NCBI GenBank assembly: GCA_003978485.1
Contig: QNZF01000043.1
Coordinates: 1 to 53,246, forward strand
Length of the DNA: 53,246 nt
Direction: 5' to 3'
Origin: Persephonella sp.
GTDB lineage: Bacteria > Aquificota > Aquificia > Aquificales > Hydrogenothermaceae
Positions 31,891 to 40,115 of this stretch are shown one piece after another (position 1 is the stretch's first letter; each line of letters opens with the position of its first letter). The notes beneath the pieces are model-generated. The model searched no databases, was not told where the DNA came from, and worked only from the letters and a program-made list of their open reading frames with translations. Both the position numbers and the translations under genes were made by a program.

Positions 31891-32865
31891 ATGGCTTTAA
31901 AAATATCAGAAATAGCAGACAGATTTAATGGAGAGATTATTAATTTTTATGAAGATTTCAATATTGAAGGTGTAGCAAGCATAAAAAATGCTACAGAGAA
32001 GGATATAGTTTTTCTAAAAGACAAAAAACATTTGGAAGACTTAAAAAACAGTAAGGCAAGAGTAGTTTTGACAGATAAAAAATTAGATATTGACAAAACT
32101 CAGATTGTAGTAAAAGAGCCTGATGTAGCTTTTTACAAGCTGATAGATATTTTATACAAAGAAGATATTGTGGAAGGTTGTGTAGCAGACAGTGTAAAAA
32201 TCGGAAAAAATGTAAAGATTGGAAAAAATGTTGTTATAAAGGATTATGTAGTAATAGAGGATAATGTTGTAATTGGAGATAATACGGTTATATATCCATT
32301 CAGTTATATAGGGAAAAACGCAAGTATAGGTAAAAACTGTATTTTATACTCTAACGTATCTATCTATCACGACTGTGAAATAGGTAATAACGTAATACTA
32401 CACTCAGGTGCTGTAATAGGTGCTGATGGTTTTGGTTATTATGTTGAAGACGGAAGAAGAAAAAAAATAAAACATATAGGAAAGGTTATCATAGAAGATG
32501 AGGTTGAAATAGGAGCAAACACAACGATAGATAGAGCCCTTTTAGATGAAACGGTAATAAAAAAAGGAACAAAAATTGATAATCTTGTAATGGTAGGTCA
32601 TAACTGTAAAATTGGTGAAAACACGGTGTTGGTGTCTCAGGTTGGTATAGCTGGCAGTTGTGAGATTGGAAAAAATGTTATTATGGCTGGACAGGTTGGT
32701 GTAGCAGACCATTTAAAAATAACAGATAACGTTATCATTACTGCAAAGTCTGGTGTAGGTAGGGATATAAAAAAAGCTGGAATTTACGGAGCTAATATAC
32801 CTGCAATTGAGTGGAAAAAGTGGAAAAGAGTTTTAATAAAACTTTATAAGTTAGGTGAAAAGTAA
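31891..32865 (+). CDS. lpxD: UDP-3-O-acylglucosamine N-acyltransferase
   Basis: LpxD N-terminal domain, then a long run of hexapeptide (left-handed beta-helix) repeats (IGKNV.IG.N..I). Confidence 0.93.
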   Translation: MALKISEIADRFNGEIINFYEDFNIEGVASIKNATEKDIVFLKDKKHLEDLKNSKARVVLTDKKLDIDKTQIVVKEPDVAFYKLIDILYKEDIVEGCVADSVKIGKNVKIGKNVVIKDYVVIEDNVVIGDNTVIYPFSYIGKNASIGKNCILYSNVSIYHDCEIGNNVILHSGAVIGADGFGYYVEDGRRKKIKHIGKVIIEDEVEIGANTTIDRALLDETVIKKGTKIDNLVMVGHNCKIGENTVLVSQVGIAGSCEIGKNVIMAGQVGVADHLKITDNVIITAKSGVGRDIKKAGIYGANIPAIEWKKWKRVLIKLYKLGEK

Positions 32866-32947
32866 TAAATTTTTTTTTATAATAATTAAGTTGTTTTTAA
32901 ATTTTTAATAACCGAATATCTAACTATAAAAAGGAGGTCATCCTGTT

Positions 32948-33043
32948 ATGGAGGGCAATAGCCCGAGGAGAATTATACTTTTTAAAATAAAAATTTTTAA
33001 GGAGGACAGAAAATGGAAAAAACCCTCGGACTGCATATCTTAG
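32948..33043 (+). other. candidate 31-codon leader ORF overlapping the speH start
   Basis: AAGGAGG (32931..32937) lies 10 nt before the ATG at 32948, the same SD heptamer speH itself uses. Peptide MEGNSPRRIILFKIKIFKEDRKWKKPSDCIS; its stop lies 31 nt inside speH in another frame. It sits in an unusually GC-rich patch. Confidence 0.25.
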
Positions 33044-33417
33044 CGGACTTATATGGTGTAGATTTTGACAAAATTGACCATGTAGAAGATGTTAAAGAAC
33101 TTTTAGAAAATGCTGTAAAGTATGCAAATCTAAGTAAACTATCATCACACTTCCATCAATTTTATCCACACGGAGCAACAGGAATAATCCTTTTAGAAGA
33201 ATCACATATATCAATCCACACTTGGCCAGAGCATGGCTATGCAGCAATAGATGTTTATACCTGTGGAGGTAAAGAAAAAACATTTAAGGCTATGGAATAT
33301 ATCTTAAAGGTATTAAAACCTAAAAGAGTTGATGAAAAGGTAGCTGAGAGAGGGGTAGTCCCTGTAAAATTAGAGCTTGAAACCAACATAGAAAAAATTA
33401 AATTAGAAACAGTATAA
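33013..33417 (+). CDS. speH: S-adenosylmethionine decarboxylase proenzyme (class 1, pyruvoyl)
   Basis: GLHILADLYG, self-cleavage context LLEESHISIHTWPE, and AAIDVYTCG. Confidence 0.9.
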   Translation: MEKTLGLHILADLYGVDFDKIDHVEDVKELLENAVKYANLSKLSSHFHQFYPHGATGIILLEESHISIHTWPEHGYAAIDVYTCGGKEKTFKAMEYILKVLKPKRVDEKVAERGVVPVKLELETNIEKIKLETV

Positions 33418-33472
33418 ACTTATTTTTGTGCAGGGGCTACCTTTCGTTGTGTGGCCCCGAGGAGTTTATCCT

Positions 33473-33790
33473 ATGGATAAATATCAGTTATACGCACAGT
33501 TAGATATAGAAAAACTAAAAAAATTTGAGGAGGCAACAGACGAAAAATTATCACTTATAGAAAAAATATTTTTTCATGTTAAATATTTTATTGCAAGTTT
33601 TCTACCTGAACCTTTTGCTGAACTTATGATGGGAATAATTGGAGATGTAATAGTCTTCATAATATTCTTAACAATCTTTTCAATTATTTTAAAAGCTATT
33701 GGTATGGCTTTTAAACTTGTATGGAGAGTTTTCATATTTATCCTATTTATCTATTCTGTGTACGTTTTGTATAAATATTTCTTTAGTTAA
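33473..33790 (+). CDS. hypothetical membrane protein (105 aa from ATG 33473; track GTG start 33428)
   Basis: GAGGAG SD 8 nt upstream of ATG 33473. Two C-terminal TM helices. Confidence 0.5.
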   Translation: MDKYQLYAQLDIEKLKKFEEATDEKLSLIEKIFFHVKYFIASFLPEPFAELMMGIIGDVIVFIIFLTIFSIILKAIGMAFKLVWRVFIFILFIYSVYVLYKYFFS

Positions 33791-34239
33791 AAAATATTTT
33801 TTTTCAATTTTTTATAATTGGAAAGGTTAATTCATAAGTTAAATTTAATTAAACTGTTGCTAGTCTAAACAATCTTATTGTAATGTTAAATATTAAATAA
33901 GCCTTAAAAATTTTTTCATTTTCCCTATTAGAGCTAATTGATATTAAACCTACCAATTTGTCCCTTAGAAATAGAAGCTGAAGCATTCAGACAAATGGAG
34001 CAATTATTCGGAATTCCAACTATATGAGTGCCAAGAAAATTGAATTTACCGAAAATGTAATCTCCCATTCCTATTAGTCTTATCAAATCTCTTTACACTG
34101 TGTTTATTTCTATTCTAAAAGTTTAGAATATGTATTACTTTATTAGCCGAACACCTTTTTAAAAAATATCTTTTTATATTTTTCGCAATTTAGGTTAAAA
34201 TTAAAAAGATTTAAACAAATCTTTCAATATGGAAGGCTA

Positions 34240-35901
34240 ATGAAGGAAAAATTAAAAGAAGAAATACTTGAAAAATTAGAAAGTGTTATACCTGAAGTGG
34301 CTGAAGTTAAAGATAAAGTTAGGTTGGAACTACCTAAAGAAGATAAATTCGGAGATTTGTCTATAAATGTAGCCTTTTTACTTGCAAAAAAATTAAAAGA
34401 TAGACCTGTAAACATTGCAAACAGAATAAAAGAAGTATTACAAAATGATGATAAGTTTGAGAAAGTTGAAGTTGCAGGGGCAGGGTTTATAAATCTTTTC
34501 TTATCTAAAGAATTCTATAAAAGAATTTTAGAACAGATAATAAAAGAGAAAGATAGATATGGAGCAGTTAGTGAAAAGAATAAAGGATTAATAAATGTAG
34601 AGTTTGTAAGTGCAAATCCGACTGGTCCATTACATTTAGGACATGGCAGAGGGGCAGTTATTGGTAATGTTCTATCAAACATTTTAGACTATGCAGGATA
34701 TAAAGTAGTAAAAGAGTTTTATATCAATGATGCAGGAAATCAGATAAAAAAGTTAGGACAATCTGTTTATGCAAGATTTAGACAGATAGAAGAGCCTAAC
34801 TATCCATTTCCTGAGGACGGTTATCATGGGGATTATATAAAAGACATTGCTTTACATCTTTATAAGTATGAAAGAGAAAAAATACTCTCATTTTTAAATG
34901 AAGAGCAGGCTATAGAGTTTTGCGGAGAGTTTGCGAAAGAATTACTTCTGGAAAGGATAAAAAACGACTTAAAAGATTTTGGTGTGGAGTTTGATATATG
35001 GTTTAGTGAAAAAAGTTTATACTCCTCAGGAAAGGTAGATGAGGTAATACAAGTTTTAAAAGATAAAAGATTAGTTTATGAAAAAGATGGAGCTATATGG
35101 CTAGAAACTACCAAATTTGGAGATGATAAAGACAGGGTTTTAATAAAATCTGACGGTAGTTATACATACTTTGCAGGAGATATTGCCTATCATTATGACA
35201 AACTAAAAAGAGGATACGATTATGCAATAAATATATGGGGAGCTGACCATCACGGCTACTTTCCAAGATTAAAATCTGCTATGTTGGCTTTGGGAGCAAG
35301 GGAAGATTGGCTACAGGTTTTATTTATTCAGTTAGTTAAACTTTTCAAAGATGGTAAGGAAGTAAAAATGTCAAAAAGAGCAGGTTCTTTTATTACTTTA
35401 AAGGAACTAATAGAGGAAGTTGGTAAAGATGCAGTTATATATTTCTTTTTAACGAAGGACAGTAATACACATTTAAATTTTGATATAGATTTAGCATTAA
35501 AACAGTCTTCAGAAAATCCTGTTTATTACGTTCAATACGCATATGCAAGAATTAGCAGTGTTTTCAGAGAAGCAAAAAATAGATTTGGATTTGACCCTGA
35601 GGGAGATTTTAATATAGATATTAATAAATTGAATAATGAGTATGAAAGGGTATTAATGAAATATCTAGCCTTTATGCCTGAACTTATATACGATGCAGGA
35701 GAGAAAAGACAACCTCATAAATTAACTCAAATTATGTATGAGTTAGCTTCAAACTTTCATCAATATTACAATAATGTTAAATTTTTAATAGAAGATGACG
35801 AAGATTTAATGAAAGCGAGGTTATATTTATTAAAAGCGATAAGATATGCATTAAAAACTTTATTTAATTTGGCAAAAATAACTCCGAGGGAGAGGATGTA
35901 A
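34240..35901 (+). CDS. argS: arginine--tRNA ligase
   Basis: Class I HIGH (SANPTGPLHLGHGR) and KMSKR-type (VKMSKRAGS) motifs. 553 aa. Confidence 0.96.
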   Translation: MKEKLKEEILEKLESVIPEVAEVKDKVRLELPKEDKFGDLSINVAFLLAKKLKDRPVNIANRIKEVLQNDDKFEKVEVAGAGFINLFLSKEFYKRILEQIIKEKDRYGAVSEKNKGLINVEFVSANPTGPLHLGHGRGAVIGNVLSNILDYAGYKVVKEFYINDAGNQIKKLGQSVYARFRQIEEPNYPFPEDGYHGDYIKDIALHLYKYEREKILSFLNEEQAIEFCGEFAKELLLERIKNDLKDFGVEFDIWFSEKSLYSSGKVDEVIQVLKDKRLVYEKDGAIWLETTKFGDDKDRVLIKSDGSYTYFAGDIAYHYDKLKRGYDYAINIWGADHHGYFPRLKSAMLALGAREDWLQVLFIQLVKLFKDGKEVKMSKRAGSFITLKELIEEVGKDAVIYFFLTKDSNTHLNFDIDLALKQSSENPVYYVQYAYARISSVFREAKNRFGFDPEGDFNIDINKLNNEYERVLMKYLAFMPELIYDAGEKRQPHKLTQIMYELASNFHQYYNNVKFLIEDDEDLMKARLYLLKAIRYALKTLFNLAKITPRERM

Positions 35902-35903
35902 AT

Positions 35904-36716
35904 ATGGCAGAGGAGAAAGATTTAAAAAAGGAAAAAGATAAATCTGAAAAAATAATATATGTTTTAACAGGTCTTTTAGTTCTAGTTGTATTTGGAGCTA
36001 TTGCAATACTTTATTTTAAACCTGTTGATAACAAGGAGTTTGTAAAACCTGAAACAATTCAGATTGCAAAGGTTAACGAGCCTAAACCTGTAAACTCTAA
36101 TCAGACTATAAATCAAACTGTGCCTGAAAGTGGTAAAGCTGGAGAGGAAAAACAGAGTGTAAAGGAACAACAGGGTAAACAACCACAAACTATAGGGGAG
36201 ATTATTAAACAAAAAAGTGAGGAGAAAGCTAGTAAAGAAGCTAAAAGAGAGGAAGTAAAGAAGGAAGAACTGCAAAAACAAGCTAGTCAACAGAATAATG
36301 TAGCAACTAATACTGAAAAGAAAGTTAAAGAGGTTAAAAAAACGGAGGAAGTAAAAAAAGTTGAAAAGCCTGTAAAGACAGAGAAAAAAGCTGAAGAGGT
36401 TAAAAAGAAAGAGGAAAAAAAAGCAGTAGCTAAAGTTAATCAAAAGAAAGAGGTTAGCAAAAAAACTCCTGTAAAAAAACATACTGTTAAAAAGTATTAC
36501 TATGTACAGGTTAGTGCGTTAGCGTCAATGGAGAAAGCAAATCAGGTTAAAAGTAGATATGTTAGAAGAGGCTTTAAAAATGTAATTATAATTAAAGAAA
36601 AGGGATTTTATAAGGTATTAATCGGTAAGTTTAACTCTATGAAAGAGGCTAACGAGTTTATAAGAAAGCATAATATTAAAGGTGGTTGGGTAAGAATTTT
36701 AAAAGAGGTTAATTAA
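35904..36716 (+). CDS. SPOR-domain protein with a Lys/Glu-rich linker
   Basis: N-terminal TM anchor, long low-complexity K/E/V linker, and a C-terminal SPOR-like domain (YYVQVSALASMEKANQVKSRY...YKVLIGKFNSMKEANEF). Confidence 0.8.
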   Translation: MAEEKDLKKEKDKSEKIIYVLTGLLVLVVFGAIAILYFKPVDNKEFVKPETIQIAKVNEPKPVNSNQTINQTVPESGKAGEEKQSVKEQQGKQPQTIGEIIKQKSEEKASKEAKREEVKKEELQKQASQQNNVATNTEKKVKEVKKTEEVKKVEKPVKTEKKAEEVKKKEEKKAVAKVNQKKEVSKKTPVKKHTVKKYYYVQVSALASMEKANQVKSRYVRRGFKNVIIIKEKGFYKVLIGKFNSMKEANEFIRKHNIKGGWVRILKEVN

Positions 36717-36743
36717 GTAGGGGAATAACTTAAGGAAAGGTAA

Positions 36744-36957
36744 AAATCATTACCAATTGAGCTAACCATAGAGAATATTAAAGATATTTTAAGAATAGGA
36801 AAATTATGCAAATAAAATATGATAAAGATACAGGCATACTTACTATAAAATTGTTAAAAAAACTGTAGAAAGTGAACATCTAGTAGAGTAAGGTATATTT
36901 ATTGACTTTTATTATTATCAAAAAATTGACTTCTATAGATTTTCTCATTTAGAGTAA
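36744..36957 (+). pseudogene. decayed DUF4258/DUF2283-type toxin-antitoxin pair
   Basis: 36806.. reads MQIKYDKDTGILTIKLLKK, then loses frame in an A6 run. The +1 frame continues TVESEHLVE-stop-GIFIDF.., a DUF2283-like pattern (YD...D.L.I.L......ESE). Upstream is a startless fragment ..ELTIENIKDILRIGKLCK* whose end overlaps that ATG by 10 nt. Confidence 0.4.
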
Positions 36958-36989
36958 TTTACAAGTTTATAAAAGCTTAGAGGCTTTTT

Positions 36990-37877
36990 ATGAAAAAACT
37001 AGTCTTAATAGATGGTTCTTCTTATGTATATAGGGCTTTTTATGCATTGCCACCGTTGAAAAGTCCTAAAGGAGAACCTACAGGAGCTATTTATGGTTTT
37101 ATTAGAATGTTATCATCTTTAATTAAAGAGCTTAATCCTGATTATATAGCTGTTGCCTTTGATTTATCTTCAAAAACATTTAGACAGGAAAAAGTAAAAA
37201 GTTACAAGGCAACGAGGAGAGAAACACCTGACCTATTAAAAGAGCAAATACCTAAAATAAAAGAGATTTTAAGATTATGGGGAATAAAAATATTGGAAAA
37301 AGAGGGTTTTGAGGCGGATGATATAATAGCAACGCTTGTTAACAAATTTAAAAATAATTATGAGATAATAATAGTGTCTCCTGATAAAGATATGTTACAA
37401 CTTGTTGATAAAAATGTGAAACTATACAATCCAATGCAAAATATACTTTATGATGTTGAAAAAGTAAAAGAAAAATACGGCATATATCCTAATCAGTTTG
37501 TAGATTATCAGGCAATAGTTGGAGATAATGTTGATAATATTAAAGGTGTAAAAGGTGTTGGTAAAAAAACAGCGGCAGAATTGTTAAATAAATATGGAAA
37601 TCTGGAGGAGATATTAGCCAATTTAGATAATTTAAAGCCTAAAATAAGGGAGGCTTTTAAAAATAGTATTGAAGATTTAAAAAATGCAAGATTTTTAGTT
37701 AAATTAAGGGATGATGTAGAAATAGATATATCTATAGATGATTTACAGATTAAAAATACAAATTGGGAGAAATTGAAGGAAGTTTTTGAGGAATTAGGGT
37801 TTAAATCTTTATTAAAGAATTTGAAAGAGTTAAGATTAGAAGAAGGAAATAAACCATTACAAAAATCATTGTTTTAA
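36990..37877 (+). CDS. stand-alone 5'-3' exonuclease (Pol I N-terminal domain homologue / flap endonuclease)
   Basis: LVLIDGSSYVYRAFYALPPL, GFEADDIIATL and VGDNVDNIKGVKGVGKKTA motifs. 295 aa with no polymerase domain. Confidence 0.9.
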   Translation: MKKLVLIDGSSYVYRAFYALPPLKSPKGEPTGAIYGFIRMLSSLIKELNPDYIAVAFDLSSKTFRQEKVKSYKATRRETPDLLKEQIPKIKEILRLWGIKILEKEGFEADDIIATLVNKFKNNYEIIIVSPDKDMLQLVDKNVKLYNPMQNILYDVEKVKEKYGIYPNQFVDYQAIVGDNVDNIKGVKGVGKKTAAELLNKYGNLEEILANLDNLKPKIREAFKNSIEDLKNARFLVKLRDDVEIDISIDDLQIKNTNWEKLKEVFEELGFKSLLKNLKELRLEEGNKPLQKSLF

Positions 37878-37933
37878 CTTTTTTTAAATTTGAATTTGTT
37901 AATAGTAAATAATATCTAATAAAGGTTTAAGGT

Positions 37934-38905
37934 ATGGAGAAAACTATAGAGAAATTAAAAAATTTTGATGGTTCTATTCTAATCTTTACACATGAAAATC
38001 CAGATGGGGATGGAATAGGTAGTATGCTTGCCCTTTACAAATTTTTGAAGAAAAAAAATAAAGATGTTGAAATGGCTATGAAGGATGAAGTTCCTTATAT
38101 ATACAACTTTTTAAAGAATATAGACAAAATAAAGAAATTACCAATTGATAAAACTTATGACTTAGCTATTCTTGTGGATGCAGCAGGAGTTTTCAGGGCA
38201 GGTGCAGAGGTAAAGGCTAAAGAGTTTATGAGAATTGACCACCATAGGAATGGGGAAAGATATGGAGAATGGGATTATATAGATATATCAGCACCTTCAA
38301 CAACAACATTAGTTACAAAGTTATTGAGAAAATGGGATGAGGAGCTTATTGATAAAGATATTGCAGAAAGTTTATACGTCGGATTGTTAACCGATACAGG
38401 TTCTTTTAGACATAGTAATATTACTCCTGAAATATTTGATTTGGCTAAATTTTTAGTTGAAAAGGGAGCTAATCCAAGTTATATATCCCAACAGGTTTTT
38501 GAAAGGAATAAACCGGAAACTTTAAAACTATTAAATAAAGTTTTATCCACTTTACAGCTTCATAACAATGGTAAGGTAGCATCTCTAATCGTAAAAAAAG
38601 ACTTTTTTGATGAAACAGGAACAAAAGAGGAGGATACAGAAGGTTTTGTTAATTATGCAAGGGGATTAGACGGTGTTGATGTAGCATTTATAATGATACA
38701 GAAACCAAATAATCCTGATACTTGGAGGGTTTCTTTAAGAAGTAAAGGAGATTTTAATGTTGAAAAGGTAGCAAAAGAATTGGGAGGAGGAGGTCATAAA
38801 AACGCTTCAGGTTGTAGAATAAAAGGTGAAGAAAAGGAAGTTAAAGAAAAGATATTAAATGTTATTACTAAAAATCTAAATATAAATAGTTGTTCAACAA
38901 ATTAA
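37934..38905 (+). CDS. nrnA: DHH/DHHA1 phosphoesterase (NrnA-type oligoribonuclease/pAp phosphatase)
   Basis: Motifs THENPDGDGIGS, VDAA, RIDHH, DTGSFRHSN and GGGGHKNASG. Confidence 0.85.
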   Translation: MEKTIEKLKNFDGSILIFTHENPDGDGIGSMLALYKFLKKKNKDVEMAMKDEVPYIYNFLKNIDKIKKLPIDKTYDLAILVDAAGVFRAGAEVKAKEFMRIDHHRNGERYGEWDYIDISAPSTTTLVTKLLRKWDEELIDKDIAESLYVGLLTDTGSFRHSNITPEIFDLAKFLVEKGANPSYISQQVFERNKPETLKLLNKVLSTLQLHNNGKVASLIVKKDFFDETGTKEEDTEGFVNYARGLDGVDVAFIMIQKPNNPDTWRVSLRSKGDFNVEKVAKELGGGGHKNASGCRIKGEEKEVKEKILNVITKNLNINSCSTN

Positions 38906-39709
38906 ATGGAGAAAAAGAAAAGCTTTTTTATCTTTACAATCTTTCCACAATTTTTTGACTGTTTTAAAAATGTTGGAATAGTATCACAGGCAATAAAAAA
39001 AGGCTTAGTCAGTGTAGAGGCTATAAATCTGAGAGATTTTACATCAGATAAACATAAAACTGTTGATGATGTTGTTTATGGTGGTGGACCGGGAATGTTA
39101 TTAAAACCTGAGCCTATATTTAGAGCTTATGATTATCTTAAAGAAAAAGGGCATAATCCATATGTTTTAATAACTGAACCTTGGGGAAGAAAGTTTAATC
39201 AAGAGTTTGCTAAAGAGCTATCTAAAAAAGATGAGATTGTTATAATCTGTGGAAGATATGAAGGAGTTGATGAGCGAGTTAAAACCATAGTAGATGAGGA
39301 AGTGTCTATCGGTGATTTTATTCTGTCTGGAGGAGAAACGGCGGCTTTAGTAATAATGGATGCAGTAATTAGACTTATTCCTAAAGTTGTTGGAGATGAG
39401 AACAGTTTAAGAGCTGACAGTTTTTCTGACGGTTTATTAGGTTATCCAAACTACACTAGACCATCAGAATTTATGGGATTAAAAGTTCCATCAGTTCTAA
39501 CATCTGGTAATCATAAACTTATAGAAAAGTGGAGAAGATGGGAGAGTTTAAAAAGAACATTCCTTTATAGAAAGGATTTGTTAGAAAAGGCTAATCTTTC
39601 AGATGAAGATTTAATTATGCTTGAAGCTATAAAGGGTGGTTTAACTTTTGATGATTATTTGAAAAAAAGGAAGGAGATAAAAAAAAGAACTAAAAGGAAA
39701 AATTTTTAA
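38906..39709 (+). CDS. trmD: tRNA (guanine37-N1)-methyltransferase
   Basis: DDVVYGGGPGMLLKPEP, ICGRYEGVDERV and SIGDFILSGGE blocks. Lys-rich C-terminal tail. Confidence 0.95.
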   Translation: MEKKKSFFIFTIFPQFFDCFKNVGIVSQAIKKGLVSVEAINLRDFTSDKHKTVDDVVYGGGPGMLLKPEPIFRAYDYLKEKGHNPYVLITEPWGRKFNQEFAKELSKKDEIVIICGRYEGVDERVKTIVDEEVSIGDFILSGGETAALVIMDAVIRLIPKVVGDENSLRADSFSDGLLGYPNYTRPSEFMGLKVPSVLTSGNHKLIEKWRRWESLKRTFLYRKDLLEKANLSDEDLIMLEAIKGGLTFDDYLKKRKEIKKRTKRKNF

Positions 39710-40032
39710 AACATTCCCGGTGGTTTTCCTTTTGATGTTATCAATCTTTCAACTGGTTCACCACCTAGTATATGTTTTTCTATTATCTCTGGTACATCTT
39801 CAGGTTTTACATTTCCATACCATACTGCATCAGGGTAAACCACTACTGTAGGTCCGAACATACAAGGACCCATACATCCTGTTGGAGTTAAAGCCATTTT
39901 ATCAAAAAGATTTTTCATCATTAGTTCTTCTTGGAATTTTTGGAAAACCTGTTCTGAACCGTTTGCACCACAAGATGGCATTCCCGGTGGTTTTCTCTGT
40001 AAACATACGAAAACATGTTTAAATTCTGCCAT
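39706..40032 (-). CDS. thioredoxin-like [2Fe-2S] ferredoxin
   Basis: MAEFKHVFVC..PPGMPSCGANGS...PTGCMGPCMFGPTVVVYPD.VWYG pattern of Aquifex Fd4-type ferredoxins. I prefer ATG 40032 over the track TTG at 40044. Confidence 0.85.
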   Translation of the reverse strand: MAEFKHVFVCLQRKPPGMPSCGANGSEQVFQKFQEELMMKNLFDKMALTPTGCMGPCMFGPTVVVYPDAVWYGNVKPEDVPEIIEKHILGGEPVERLITSKGKPPGMF

Positions 40033-40045
40033 TCTTACCCCCAAA

Positions 40046-40073
40046 TTTATTATTTAAAGCTTTAAATAATAAA
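40046..40073. repeat. 28-bp perfect palindrome tttattatttaaagctttaaataataaa
   Basis: Checked base by base around the centre 40059/40060; 14 complementary pairs. Lies between the speE-like stop and the ferredoxin start. Confidence 0.85.
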
Positions 40074-40115
40074 AAATAAATAGATTTTCAAAAAAATGAT
40101 TTAAGTTATAGATAT

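Noticed and set aside
33428-33472. GTG start at 33428 giving a 120-aa version of the membrane protein after speH
   Set aside because: The extension (MQGLPFVVWPRGVYP) covers the GC hairpin and the GAGGAG SD, which is ideally spaced (8 nt) for ATG 33473. The shorter ORF is more plausible, but this is not proven.
36180-36480. Repetitive gaggttaaaaa/gaagtaaaaaa-type units in the SPOR gene that look like a tandem DNA repeat
   Set aside because: They correspond to an in-frame low-complexity K/E/V linker (EEVKKVEKPVKTEKKAEEVKKKEEKK) with no exact unit length. The long antisense ORF 35982..36482 is an artefact of this composition.
39712-39995. Exact 17-nt direct repeat cattcccggtggttttc at 39712-39728 and 39979-39995, at both ends of the ferredoxin gene
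   Set aside because: Both copies encode the peptide KPPGM on the minus strand (RKPPGMPSC near the N-terminus, GKPPGMF at the C-terminus). I recall both as conserved features of Fd4-type ferredoxins. Shared codon choice explains the nucleotide identity, so no mobile or recombination role needs to be invoked.
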